DNA of 64,000 nucleotides from Orbicella franksi (Eukaryota): NCBI GenBank assembly GCA_964199315.1, contig OZ116698.1, positions 11,656,001 to 11,720,000 of the forward strand, read 5' to 3'. Shown piece by piece: positions 13,788 to 26,010 of this stretch (position 1 is its first letter; each line of letters starts with the position of its first letter). The notes under the pieces were generated by a model. It saw only the letters and a program-made list of their open reading frames with translations, ran no database searches and was not told where the DNA came from. The position numbers and the translations under genes were made by a program.

Positions 13788-16700
13788 ACATATCGTGTGA
13801 CTCGTGTGACTCTTGGCTACATGTTCGCTGCTTGGAAATGAATATTGATGAGTACGAAACCCTCGCAAATTCTTCATGCACTTGGATTTGTCCAAATTGC
13901 AACTTTCCAAATTTTGAAACCACTTCCTTGGAATTGTCTGGAAACTCTTTGGACTTGTCGAATTCTTTTAATATCTTATCAGTGGATAATACTCAAACAT
14001 CGCCAATTTCCAGGATCAGTTCTTTAAATAACCCAGCGGCAAACGCATCGAACCATGGAAATACATTGAAACAAAACAAGTCATCGAAAAGGAATAAATT
14101 GAGAGGTATGATTATAAATTGCAATGGTTTAAAGAGCTCCAAACATTCTACTGAATTTAAAGCACTGCTTGAGTTACATAATCCGGACTTCGTCCTGGGA
14201 ACCGAATCTAAGCTTCACCCTGGTGTCCCTACTTATTCCATCTTCCCACCTACATACACTGTCTTCAGAAAGGACAGAAATGCCTACGGCGGAGGAGTTT
14301 TTCATGCAATCAAATCTGACCTGGCTTGCATAGAAGAAGATGAATTAAATGGAAACACCTGTGAAATCCTCTGGTCTTCTATTAAAATGGCAAATTGCAA
14401 AACTTTGTATTTATCGTCGTTTTACAGGCCACCAAATTCTTCTACCGAGATCCTTGACCATCTAGGCGATTCTATAAATCAAGTGTTTACCAAAGTATCA
14501 AATCATCCAAATATCGTCATCGGAGGTGATTTCAACCTGGGTGATATTGACTGGAGTCGCGAGATCCCAATTGCTAACAACCCTACCACTGCTTCACAAC
14601 ACAATAAATTCTTGCACTTGATGGACGATTTTTCGTTAACCCAACACGTCAAAGCTCCAACGAGACCTGTTTCAGAGAAAACTTTGGATTTATTATTGTC
14701 TACTTATCCTAACTCTATTTCTGGCGTGTCTACTTCTTCTGGTTTAAGTGACCACGACATTGTAAATTTCGAGATCAACCTGAAAGCAACGCGCTTTTCC
14801 AAGTCTCCTCATAGAGTCTACCTGTACAAGAAAGCGAACTTTGATGGCCTGAACGAATTTATAGCAAAGTCATCGGCTGAATTCTTCGCATCAAACCCAT
14901 GGGAAAACTCTGTGGAGCATAACTGGAATGCATTCAAACATGCTGTAATTAAAGGTATTTCCCAGTATGTTCCACAAAAATTGTCCATGCCAAAGTACAA
15001 GCTGCCATGGATTACTACTGATATTAAAAGAGAGATGCGCAAAAAGGATCGCCTCCACAAAAAAGCTATTCGCTCTAAAAACCAGCAACATTGGAAAGCT
15101 TTCAAGTATCAACGAAATCGAGTGGCAAAACTGGTCAAAGAATCTCACAATCGCTATTTAAACGAAGTTATTGGTGATAACCTGACCGAAAACCCCAAAA
15201 AGTTCTGGTCGTATGTTAAACATAGCAAATCTGAAAGCCTTGGAATCCCCCCACTTAAAACCGAAAATGGGGTGAGTATTACAGACAAAGACAAAGCAGA
15301 AACTTTGAACTCCCATTTCTTTTCAGTTTTTACCCATGAGCAGAAGCCTCTTCCTCAAATTGGCCTGTCACCATTCACCTCGATTGAAGATTTGCTTCTC
15401 TCGCCTGATGGAGTTGAAAACGGCTAGCCCAGCTGAATCCTCACAAAGCTTGTGGGCCAGACAAACTACCTGCAAGAGTACTCAAAGAGATCTCACAAAC
15501 AGCCTCTACGTGGCTCGCTTTCATCTTTCAACAATCATTTGATCTTAATGTCGTCCCATCAGATTGGTCCAAAGCCCTCATTACTGCAGTCTTTAAGAAA
15601 GAAAACAAATCAGATCCATCCAACTATCGCCCAATTTCGCTGACTTCTATCTGCTGTAAAGTAATGGAACACATTGTTCTTAATCATATGGCTAAACACT
15701 TATCTAGTAACAACATTTTGATAAACGAGCAACATGGTTTCAGACAGCGGTTTTCTTGTGAAACTCAACTGATATCAGCTATACACGATTGGGCCAAGTC
15801 AATCAACACTTGCAGCCAAACCGACGTCATACTGCTTGATTTCTCTAAAGCATTTGATTCTGTCCCCCACCAAAGACTTCTAATGAAGCTCGACTTCTAT
15901 GGTATTCGTGGGAACATGCTTATGCGGATTAAAGCTTTTCTGTCAAACCGCTCCCAATCAGTCTCAGTAAATGGCATTCAGTCTTCTTCCAAACCAGTGC
16001 TCTCCGGGGTCCCGCAAGGCTCAATTTTGGGCCCTGTATTATTTTTACTGTATATAAATGACATCTCTTCTTCTGTAAAGTCACGTCTACGCCTCTTTGC
16101 AGATGATTGCATCCTCTATAGTGAAATCCGTGAAGTACAGGACTGTTGGGCTCTGCAGGATGATCTTGAACAATTGTCACTCTGGTCAAACACCTGGCAA
16201 CTTAACTTTAACGTCAAGAAGTGTTATCAACTTGGTATAACGCGTAAGAAAATTCCAACTATGTTCCAATATTCATTGGCTGGCCAGCCCATTTCTAGAG
16301 TTTCCTCAGCCCAGTACCTTGGAGTCACCGTGACAGACAATCTGTCCTGGAACGAGCACATCAATCAGATCTGTAAAAAGGCAAATTCTACTCTTGGGCT
16401 ACTGCGTCGTATTCTAAGTGGTTGTGATACTAAAGTCAAAGATACGGCGTATCGCACGCTAGTCCGCCTAAAACTCGAATATGCGTGTTGCGCTTGGACC
16501 CCTTTCACCAAACAGAACATCACTCAAATAGAGATGGTCCAACGCCGAGCAGCAAGATTTGTATTAAATGACTATTCCAGATTTAGTCATGTTACTCCAA
16601 TGATCGAACATCTTGGTTGGGACTCCCTTGAAGATCGTCGACTCCTCTTTCAAACTACTACAAGATCTTGATGGGACATGTTGGTATTAGCTTTCCTCCT

Positions 16701-17096
16701 GAAGTCCGCGAAATAACAAGGACCACCAGATTACTGAACAGTCGTCCTTTCCAACAAATCCGTGTATCAAATGATGTCTATAAGTTTTCCTTTTATCCAA
16801 GGACAATAGTAGCATGGAACAATTTACCTATTTATGAAGATGTTGATATAAATAATTTTAAGACTATTGCTCTTGCAGCCATTAAATCTTTTGTATAATG
16901 TATATCCAGACGTCCTAGCTTGTCTCGACGAGATTATACTTAATCTATTTTATCTTATCTTTTACTAACTTATAATTTTTATTGTATATATACATATTGT
17001 AATTATTTATTACGTGCTTTTATTATGTTATTTTAAACTCCTAGTATAGTTCCACTGTTTAAGCAGTAAACTTATTAAAGACTTAAAGACTTAAAG
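13788..17096 (+). mobile_element. 5'-truncated CR1/L2-group non-LTR retrotransposon (partial PHD finger, APE endonuclease, reverse transcriptase)
   Basis: CDSCDSWLHVRC...WICPNC PHD half. APE motifs INCNGL, GTESKL, FYRPP, GGDFN, SDH (ORF 13832-15427). RT motifs QHGFR, LDFSKAFD, GVPQGSILGP, LFADD, YLGV (ORF 15664-16671, open back to ~15420). C-terminal FSFYPRTIVAWNNLP (16668-16898). Frameshifts at ~15418 and ~16660. 3' tail (TTAAAGAC)2TTAAAG. TTAAA flanks both ends. Confidence 0.95.
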
Positions 17097-18236
17097 TGAC
17101 TACCAACTGCAAGGAGCCTTTCAATGGCGTGTGCAGCTCTGTTTCGTGATAAGCTGCTATCTGACCAATCACAACGACCGCTTGACACTACAAGAAGAAA
17201 CGCTCCTTCGTAAATACGAACATTCTTGTCCAGAGAGCTTAAGGTAAGGACTGAGCATTTTTTAACTTTGTTTTCTGTAACTCGCTGTATCAATTGCTTT
17301 CCTTCTACTTCTGTTGCAGCGTATCGCGGTCCTGGTGATGTCGCCTCGGTTACGTTAGGAATGCCAATGCCAGTTTCAAATCGTTCAAAATTAGAAACAA
17401 AATCTCTCAGATTGTAGTTGGGAAAATATTGAAAAACAGGCAGTACCATATGAATAATCTCGTCGTTTATTTAGAGACACACAAGTTATAACCACCTTGT
17501 ACAGTACCACAGACAGCACCACATATGAACGTCTGTTTTGCTCAGTGACCTTCGATTGAATGCTAACACACACGCACTAGGGTTTTATACACAGTTAAAG
17601 AAGATCCCCGAAAATTTTTGATTGAAAATGTACCAAACGTCTCCTTGAAACATTTGAGAGTAGAGCGAGGAAATAAAGTCTTCTCAAACGCCCCCCAAAA
17701 TTAATTTTTATCATTGTTATTTTTTTAAGGCAAAAACGTCGTTCTTCCTTGTATTTCTAATAGAACCTTAGGGATCATTGAGAAGGCTCTTAAGACTTTC
17801 ATTTTTCCTCAGATCAACGAAAATGGAGGAATTAAAGAGTTATAAAAAAAATTTAGAAAATATTTAAGGTTATGGCAAAAACGCAGGTATCGAGTAAATG
17901 TGAAAATTCAGGACGAAAACTAGACGTTGGTCAGCCGAGGTAGTAACATGCAAGCACCTAAACAAAAGAACCATTTAACTTACCAAATAAAACCTAATGA
18001 AATTTTAATTTTCTTTTCGCTTAAGGGTACTTTTCAGCAAAATTAAGTTGTTTGCAGATAAAGGCATTTCATTTAATCAGTAGTAGTTGCTAATAGAAAT
18101 CTCGCTAATAAGAGAACAGCTCGCCAGTTCATCACACTCAGTAATCAGGCTTAAGATAATTGGCAGTTTAATATGTGAGTGAAACCAATTTATTTCATAA
18201 ACTATATATTGCTGTTAGTTTTCCTGGCCGTTCAGT

Positions 18237-19118
18237 ATGCAGAAGTTGATCTTTGTTATGCTAATTGCCGCCGTGTTGTAGGCGACGCTTGTACATCGTG
18301 AGTACATTTTCAGAACAGTTCGTCAGTTTACACCTTCTCGTGATCATGAACATTTAGGTCGTTACGTTTGAAAAGGCTCTTCGATCTTTTCTTTCCTATT
18401 TTGTTTTAACAAAAAGGCATGCAATTTCACCTTCGTGTTGCGGTAGTCTATTTTTTTCATTCAGGTGGGACTGACATCTGCTCAGTTGAAATGCTTAACT
18501 CATTGCACAAGAAAATAAAACAAAAACATGGCAGAGAATTTTAAATAATGATTAATCTAAGGAAGGAAGTCTTGTGTTGTGAGAAAACAAATATCCCCGA
18601 CCGTGTTGGAAACCTAATAAGAACAGTCAAAGCGTTTTAATGGCCCGGATTTTACAGATCTTTTTTCCCTTTCTTTTTCAGTCATAGTTAAATGTTTTTC
18701 CTCTGTCGGAAAGTTTTCATTGATCACATATTGACATTACATTCATCTTTCCCCATTGTATTCTTCAGTTAGAGCGTTGCGATGTGTGGAATGTGACTCA
18801 GAGGAATCTTGCGCGAGTCCAAATCCGAAGACTACGGGCTGTACTGGGGGGAAATGCTACACGTACCGCACCGCGGACCGGGAGGTTGACGGCGGAATTT
18901 TTTCTATCGTGAAGAAAGGATGTTATCCTGAGGAGCAGGATTCCACAAGCTTACGCAGCCGTCATTGTGAACCGTGCAATAACTACAGATTATTGACATC
19001 ATATTCAACAGATAGCTGGATCTGTGAGCATCACTGCTGTGATGATCATGATGAGTGTAACCATCACTTGTACACCACTCCGACTTGCCGTGAAAGCGGC
19101 ATGGTGGATGGGTATTAA
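18237..19118 (+). pseudogene. Secreted three-finger (Ly6/uPAR-like) protein, copy A, with an in-frame TAG in the signal-peptide exon
   Basis: Exon 1 18237-18297 (MQKLIFVMLIAAVL*ATLVH; TAG at 18279-18281), phase-1 intron, exon 2 18769-19118 (C-x2-C...KGC...CC-x5-CN). Clear paralogue of copy B. Confidence 0.7.
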
Positions 19119-20279
19119 ACTTTGAATTATGGAAAAATTAAAATCACTCAACTCGGTATTCATTTTTCTTGTGTATAGAGATTTTACCATGCTCTGACCC
19201 TGTATCCAGAATCCCTATTTTGCAAAATCAAGGGAAGGACTCAAAGGAGGCAGGAAGGGGGGGGGGGGGATTTAAGCAGCTGGAGTGTGCCTCATCTTGG
19301 CCTAATTTTGCTTTTAATGTCTGAGAGGGTTGAAACAAAGTAAGAGTGCGGTCTTGCTATGCATCATATCTCTCATGGCTCCAGATACCAAGTGTGCCTT
19401 TCTTGGGCACTTCCTCTCCAAATAAGACAAGGAGAGCAGTGCGAGGTCCCTTACACGAGAGACCATTGTGTCGAGACAAGATCTCCTTGTCCATAAAGCC
19501 CCTTGTGCGCAGAAACACTTGCTTTGTTGAACCCTAAAAGAAAAGACCAGCTGCAGGCAGACTAGAGCTATGAGCGAATTGTCTGCGATTCGTCAGCTGT
19601 AATATTTAATGAACAACCGTTAAAAGCTACTGACACCATAGTAAATAGAGGAAACTGGCTAGGAAACCTGGCAAAGTGTTTTGTTGTATGCTTTTGTTGG
19701 CTATTTTGGGTTTGTCCCTGCACAAAACCTGGCAAAATACAAAAGGTGGTTATGTGTGCTCATACAACTCACCAATAGGAGCATTGCGATTATGTAATTC
19801 ACGCATAGTCAGTGAGGACCTTACAACACAAATCTTGGCGTGTTTATTTGCTTCTTTGATGTTTGGTGGGCTTCTCAACTATTACCCTCTATTAACTACG
19901 CTGGCACATATTTCAAAACACGAGCAAAATTAACTACTTAATTGTTACAGTTGTTAAGGCCTCAAAAGGACAGTTTTTCCATTTGGTTTGCTGGAAAAGT
20001 CAAAAGAGGACGAAAGTAAAGAAATCTAAAGTAAGGAAGAATGCCCACCAACAGCTAGCTAAAAATAGTAGAGCTGTCAATCAACGATTCCACTGCTAAG
20101 TAACAGGAATATCTTCGTGGCACCATTCTGTCACGTGACAATTTTGACAGTTCTCTTGAGTTCTCGCCTTCTTCGCTGATTGGATATATTAATTACATGC
20201 TTCGACCGTTTTGATTCATCTCCGATTTTTCATAAACAGCACCTGTCCAACTTGAGAATCTTCTGCTGACTTAATTTTT

Positions 20280-20569
20280 TGGGGCTTATTAATGGTTGGG
20301 CTTATATCTTGGGGGAAAGGGGGGCTTATAAGAGGAGTAAAAATACCGTTTCGACACGAGCTAAAGCAGTGTTGATCTATATCGAAATACGATTTTCATA
20401 ATATATCGAAATTAATTCCACTATAAACTGGAGGGGGGGGGGGGGGAGGGGGCTTATATCCGGTGGAGCTTATAACCGAAAGCAATATTTTGTTTACAGG
20501 TGGCCGATAGGACTATATAACCGGAAGGACTTATAAGCGGGAGGGCTTATAAGCAGCAGTTTACGGTAT
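20280..20569. mobile_element. Partial non-autonomous DNA transposon with GGGCTTATA repeats
   Basis: Repeated GGGCTTATA(A) units ending in GCAGTTTACGGTA, which looks like one TIR. The other end was not found. Confidence 0.4.
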
Positions 20570-21827
20570 AGGACTCTACTTGAAAAAAGTCAACTTGCAG
20601 AGGATTATCGGTTTATTAACAGTCCAAGCTATAGGAATCTGAAAGTTTAAGATTAAAATCAAACATCTTTTTTATCGCTGACATAATTAAGTTCACGGTA
20701 AACTGTACAGATGCAACTTAGTAAACAAAAGAAACGTCCATAAGGTACTAAATGAGACAGAATAAATATTCTCTTTTTTCTCCCGCCGCACATGTTGAAA
20801 GGAAGAAAAGAAGTGTCGGAAGAACACGAAGAGCAATAGCTCAGTTTATAAGGTGTTTATTGAATCACATACTTGGCTTACTTTATAAATTCCTTTGGTA
20901 ATCGGTCCGTTAAAGGCCACTAGAGTACTGTTCTTAATTTTCCCTCGACCTGGTCTTTCGATTTACACAAACGTCCTTACACAAGCTTCAACCTTCTTCC
21001 AAAATCTTACTTCCACAACATTTGCTCATATTACATCTACCGTCACCTCTATAATCAATTTTTACAATCATTTTACTATCTTACCACGATAAAAGATGGG
21101 CCTAATCATAAATTATGAATACATCAGTGATGATTAACTTCTCAGCAGTTGTAAGACTAGCAAGGTTATACGATTGATCTCTATCTAGAGTAGGTCCTAA
21201 AGTAAAAGTAATCTTCATCGAATAAAAGCCAACTTTTAATTAACTTAATGATATAAAATTTAACTTTTTTGGCTTAAGGTGAAACACACCCAAGGCATTA
21301 TTCATAATTTAAAACCAAGCCCACTAATAGCTTATTTATTATTAAAAAGGTAAAACCATGCCCCAATTTTTCTTAAACTTGGGTTCCCACTAAAATCATG
21401 AGGTGGTACGTATCTCTTACGCTGTCACCTCTGGCAGACGTCAAGTCTCTCATTAAATTCATCCCAGTATTTATCAAAATACTACTTGTCACAAATAAAT
21501 AAACCTTGTTTTCAGTTTTAACTTCTGGCATCTGTGGTAACATCCACAAATCGCTAAACAAAACATAAAATTACAAGTGCATACGTCATTCGCAATTTCA
21601 AATAAAAGTAACAAGTTCTTTGTCAATTGGAAACATGACTTGAGTGATCTTCGTTGATCGGAGACATTTCATTGACAGTGTACTCAGCTTCGAGCCAAAA
21701 TATAGTTCAGTCGCCACCTTATCACATTTAAAGATCATTAAATAATCTGGCTGAAGTTAATCAGCACTTGTTCGAACTTGTGCAAGTGAAACCGGCTTAC
21801 TTTGGAAGCTGTTGTTTGCCGTTCAGA

Positions 21828-22811
21828 ATGCAGAAGGTGACCTTTGTGCTACCAATTGTATTTGCCACCTTGTTGAAATTGACGCTTGTTCATGGTGAGT
21901 ACATTTTCAGAACAGTTCACTTTACACCTTCCCATGGATAAAACCAACGCAAGGTCATTATACCTTACACAAAGCAAAGCGGCGACCACATTCGATATTC
22001 TTTCGTTAAAATAAAACAAAGCAGTTTGAGCGTCTTCGAAGAAACTTGCAACTGGTCTGGCAGGACTTATAGTATTATATCGAGACAATTAAAGGGAGTA
22101 TTGCTTAAAGTTCACATGTAAATTTTTCTGTTCTGTCCTCGTGTACCGGTACACAAGAACCGATACAAACCAACCAACAATATACAACAGCTAAACAAGG
22201 GCTCGTAAAGAAAGGAGTACAATGGTACCTGGTAGACACAACGAATTTTTCTTTTAGTGAAAAAATTGTCTACGCGACGGCGTGCCGAAATTGCTTGCCT
22301 TTATTTTATCTACCAGTACAGGCGTTTTATATTGGTGGCAGTTCATTGGTTTCAATCGTTAGCCAATTTTGCGAGGTGGTTTTCACGTAACGCATTTTCC
22401 CAAAGCGGCAAGTATTGAGTGACGTCGACCACGCATTGGTTCTGATTTTTTCTTCTTCGTTACTTTCATTCATTAGTTGACGCGTTACAATGCGTGAAGT
22501 GTGATTCAGAGTCGAGATCGTGCGCGATTCCTGAGATCGTGGACTGTACCGGCAAGTGCTTCACATACCACTCAGTGGACCAGGTTGGGGGCACGCTAGT
22601 ATCTGACCTGCAGAAAGGATGTTATCCTAAGGAAGACGTAGAGATTTCGTGCAGTTGCGAAACTTGTGACACCTTTCAAACAATGATTGGAATGTTTACG
22701 GATGGTGACGTCGACTGGAGTTGTAAGCACCACTGTTGTGATGATCGAAATGAATGCAACCGTCACTTGCACGCGCCGACTTGTAATGCACATAGCGCAT
22801 ATGGTTTTTGA
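21828..22811 (+). CDS. Secreted three-finger (Ly6/uPAR/toxin-like) cysteine-rich protein, copy B, ~133 aa
   Basis: Exon 1 21828-21894 (signal peptide MQKVTFVLPIVFATLLKLTLVH), phase-1 GT-AG intron, exon 2 22477-22811 (LQCVKCDS...C...C...KCF...KGCYP...HHCCDDRNECN...PTC). 14 Cys; no hydrophobic GPI or TM tail. Confidence 0.8.
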
Positions 22812-23053
22812 GTAATGGAAAATTAAAATCACTCAACTGAATTCCAACTTTTGTGTTTACTTCTTGTATGTGTGTTCTAGGGCCCCTTTAAGGTAAAACC
22901 AAGGGGTGAATGAAACGAGGTTGTTGAAAAAAGAAAAAAAGAAAAGAAAAGAAAAGAAATAACAAACCCTTTGACACTCCAAGCTGCAGTTTGGCATTCA
23001 AATCACACCTATAGATATAACTGCTGAAAACAAAACACTACTGCGTCTCTACG

Positions 23054-23745
23054 ACCCTATGTCAAAAGTCAATCCGAACAACTTCGCTGCTTCTTAGCTG
23101 GGCGTACGCGCTGGTTTTTCAAGTCGGAGACAACACTAAGATCACATCTAGTACGACCGAAAGACGCTGTTGACCCGGCTAAACAAGATGGTTTACAGAA
23201 TACATTAGCGAGACTGGAAGACCGTTGCAAGACAGAATCAAGGAGCAACACCGAGACATCCGACACGCACGTGCCCAGACCTCCACCGTTTCAGCGGACT
23301 CCGACACCACCAGCTCTGGAATGAGGTAAAGTTTATTGATGGTGATCCTAACTGATAAACACGCCGGGTCAAAGGAGCGATTCACGTAGGACTTCGTCCT
23401 AACATCAACAAGGGATGTTGGAATAGAAATTCCCGAAGCATAGAAACCCACGATCAAGAAACACAAAAGCAAAGAGAACCGTGCGACAGCGGACCGCAGA
23501 GGAAACAGCTCATCGAAACAGCGATAGATCGAAATGCACCTACCACAGCTATTGAAAAACCAATCACAGCGGTGCATCGCACTTTAAGCGCGACGCGTAG
23601 TCAGTTGACCTCATCGCATGATGAAGACGAGCAGTATGTCGTCGAGACACCGCGATCTACATCACAAGTGACCACATCACAGGAGGGGAGCCGCCCCGGG
23701 CCACATCGTGAATCAACCGAATATACTTTATCATTCAAGCATACT
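23054..23745 (+). mobile_element. Decayed Penelope-like element 3' fragment (GIY-YIG region and 3' UTR)
   Basis: Frameshifted remnants read SEQLR..., FKSETTLRSHLVRPKDAVDPAKQDG, GETGRPLQDRIKE, LWNEVKFID, VKGAIHVGLRPN. A degenerate hammerhead core lies at 23618-23648. Confidence 0.75.
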
Positions 23746-26010
23746 TAACTAATCTCGAGGAGAACAGCAGGTCATGTTAAAGCAACTACATCAAAAATGT
23801 GTTTTTAAAATTGTATTTAATGTGCAGTTGGACAGTTTGTTTAATAACGCCTGCCTACATTTACTAAGCACTGTCCTTTATATACAGTATAAATAAGAAC
23901 TGAAATTGCGTGCCACAATTTTCATTCTCCATTAAGCCATCTTTTTCCGTTTTGTAATCCTTTCACTTTATTCAACAAGCAGTCGGGAAAAATTATCAGT
24001 TCCGCATCTTATGAGTTCCATCTCAGATAAATGACTGAACCATACCCATATTTAGCGACTTACTAAAACTATGGTGCCTACAGTATGCTACAAAAGATGA
24101 AGCAATGGTTTGACGTTTTCGCTTTGATTAACCAGTCGTACAAAATGCTATTTTCTTGGAGCTTGCTTAAAATTGCCAAATTTGCTCCAATCATGAAACG
24201 AATTCAAAGATAACAAAAGAGAGTTAAATTATTTAACTTCTTTTATCACTGAATTAGGGTTTGGTTACCCTCAAAAGAAGTAACTTAATTACATTATAAT
24301 AACGCTTTTTCACTGCTCTTTCTTCTCTTCAATGAAAGCGAATTACACCTAGAGCCTGAAAAGAAAACAGGTTTTATAATCTATGTTGACAACAAAGAAA
24401 AGGTGACAAAATTTGCTCTTTCTAGACAAGCCTCTGATTTTACCAATATCCAAATCATTAAGTGCGTTTGTTAACCTTCTTAAACCTAACAGCGTCAGGA
24501 TCTAATTTGCCTCCAAAGTAGTCTGGCAAACAGGTCATGAGAAGACAGGAATTCATTACTGAGATCAGTTAAACTCAATCGCATTCAAATTCTCCGTTCA
24601 AGTTGTTGCTTTTGTATACAACAATTCGTTTCGTCTTCATTTAGGGGCCTTAGACTGTTACTGATGTATTAGGTCTCAAAGGTTTAACAAAGTCGTCAAT
24701 GAAACGTTTAATGTCTTAATTGTAGCTCTTAGTCTCTCTAAACGCAGCTAAAATGAATTTACACTACGCTCTTGAATACGGAACAATCGATATTTGAAAC
24801 TCTATGAGAATTACAGTAATTAGTTCATTTAGTCATAGCATCTTGTTCAATGAACTTTATGAGAAATACGTGAACGCTCATTACTCTCTAAGAGTACAAG
24901 GGAAGAGTCTTTTCTACCTAAATTGTTTGCCATTAATTTTCGATTATTTCAACAACACGTTTGTTCCAAGCGTGTTTTTGTGGTTTCATTAAAAAGACTA
25001 ATAACAAAAGATTACAAATTTCAAACGAAGCCTAAATAATATCAGTTAAACTGAAAACTTAAATATGCATGCGTGATATTAAACGTAAAAATTTAGTTCG
25101 AAGATTTGCTCCAGACAACACTCTGTTGGTACAAGCACTGTCTGGATTAGGAAGTTTCTATTTATGCATCCTGTCTCTATAGAAGTTCATCTACTACAAA
25201 TGATTAAAGAAAATTGCTTGAAGGTGTACCCGCCTGAATTTAACTTCGCAAAATGACAGTCTTAGACGGGTTTCTTGACACGATAATGAACAGGGTGACT
25301 TGATAATCGACCAGCGACGCAGAACTGAGACTGTTCCAAAACATGGTAGCCAGTAGTGCAGGCGTATTTTGGGCGAACGAGTGCTCCCGTATCGAGTGTT
25401 TAGGCCTCCGTATTGGATTAGCCACCCGCCCTCTCTCACGCGTCCCACTTCTTGCGAACTCGCCACCAAAACTACCTGCACTGTAGGCTAAAAACATAGT
25501 TTAGGTCTAGTCTGCTAAGTTTGATGTCTATAACAAGTACATATACCTGATGCAAGGTTATTAATTTTTAAAGAAAAATTAAGTGAAACACGTTACTATC
25601 TGATATATATTCTTGTAGTATCTTCAAATTGATCGAGGCAAATTAACCGTAGTAGCGATTTTCGAGCGTTTGTCCTTTGTTAGAGCAAAGTGTATGTGAT
25701 AGTAGACGTTTGAGCAAACGTCACTTCTAAAGCTTTCAGTGTTGTAGTCGACAGTACAGGTACCTTTTGCGAGTTGACGGAACCCGCAATTTTCGGCTTT
25801 GAGGTTGCTAAGCAACACGAGATCACGCTAACATTAATGTTAGCGCCATATTTTGATTAGACAATAATAATCTACGAGGATTTGCTGTGTTTCTTGCCCT
25901 AGTTTGCGTAACGTATAAGAGGTGTGGGAGGCTTTTGCTTTCCAAGCCATTCCCTCTTAGCTCTACAAACTGAAAACTTGCTTGTAACATAACCAAAAAG
26001 CAAAGACGTA

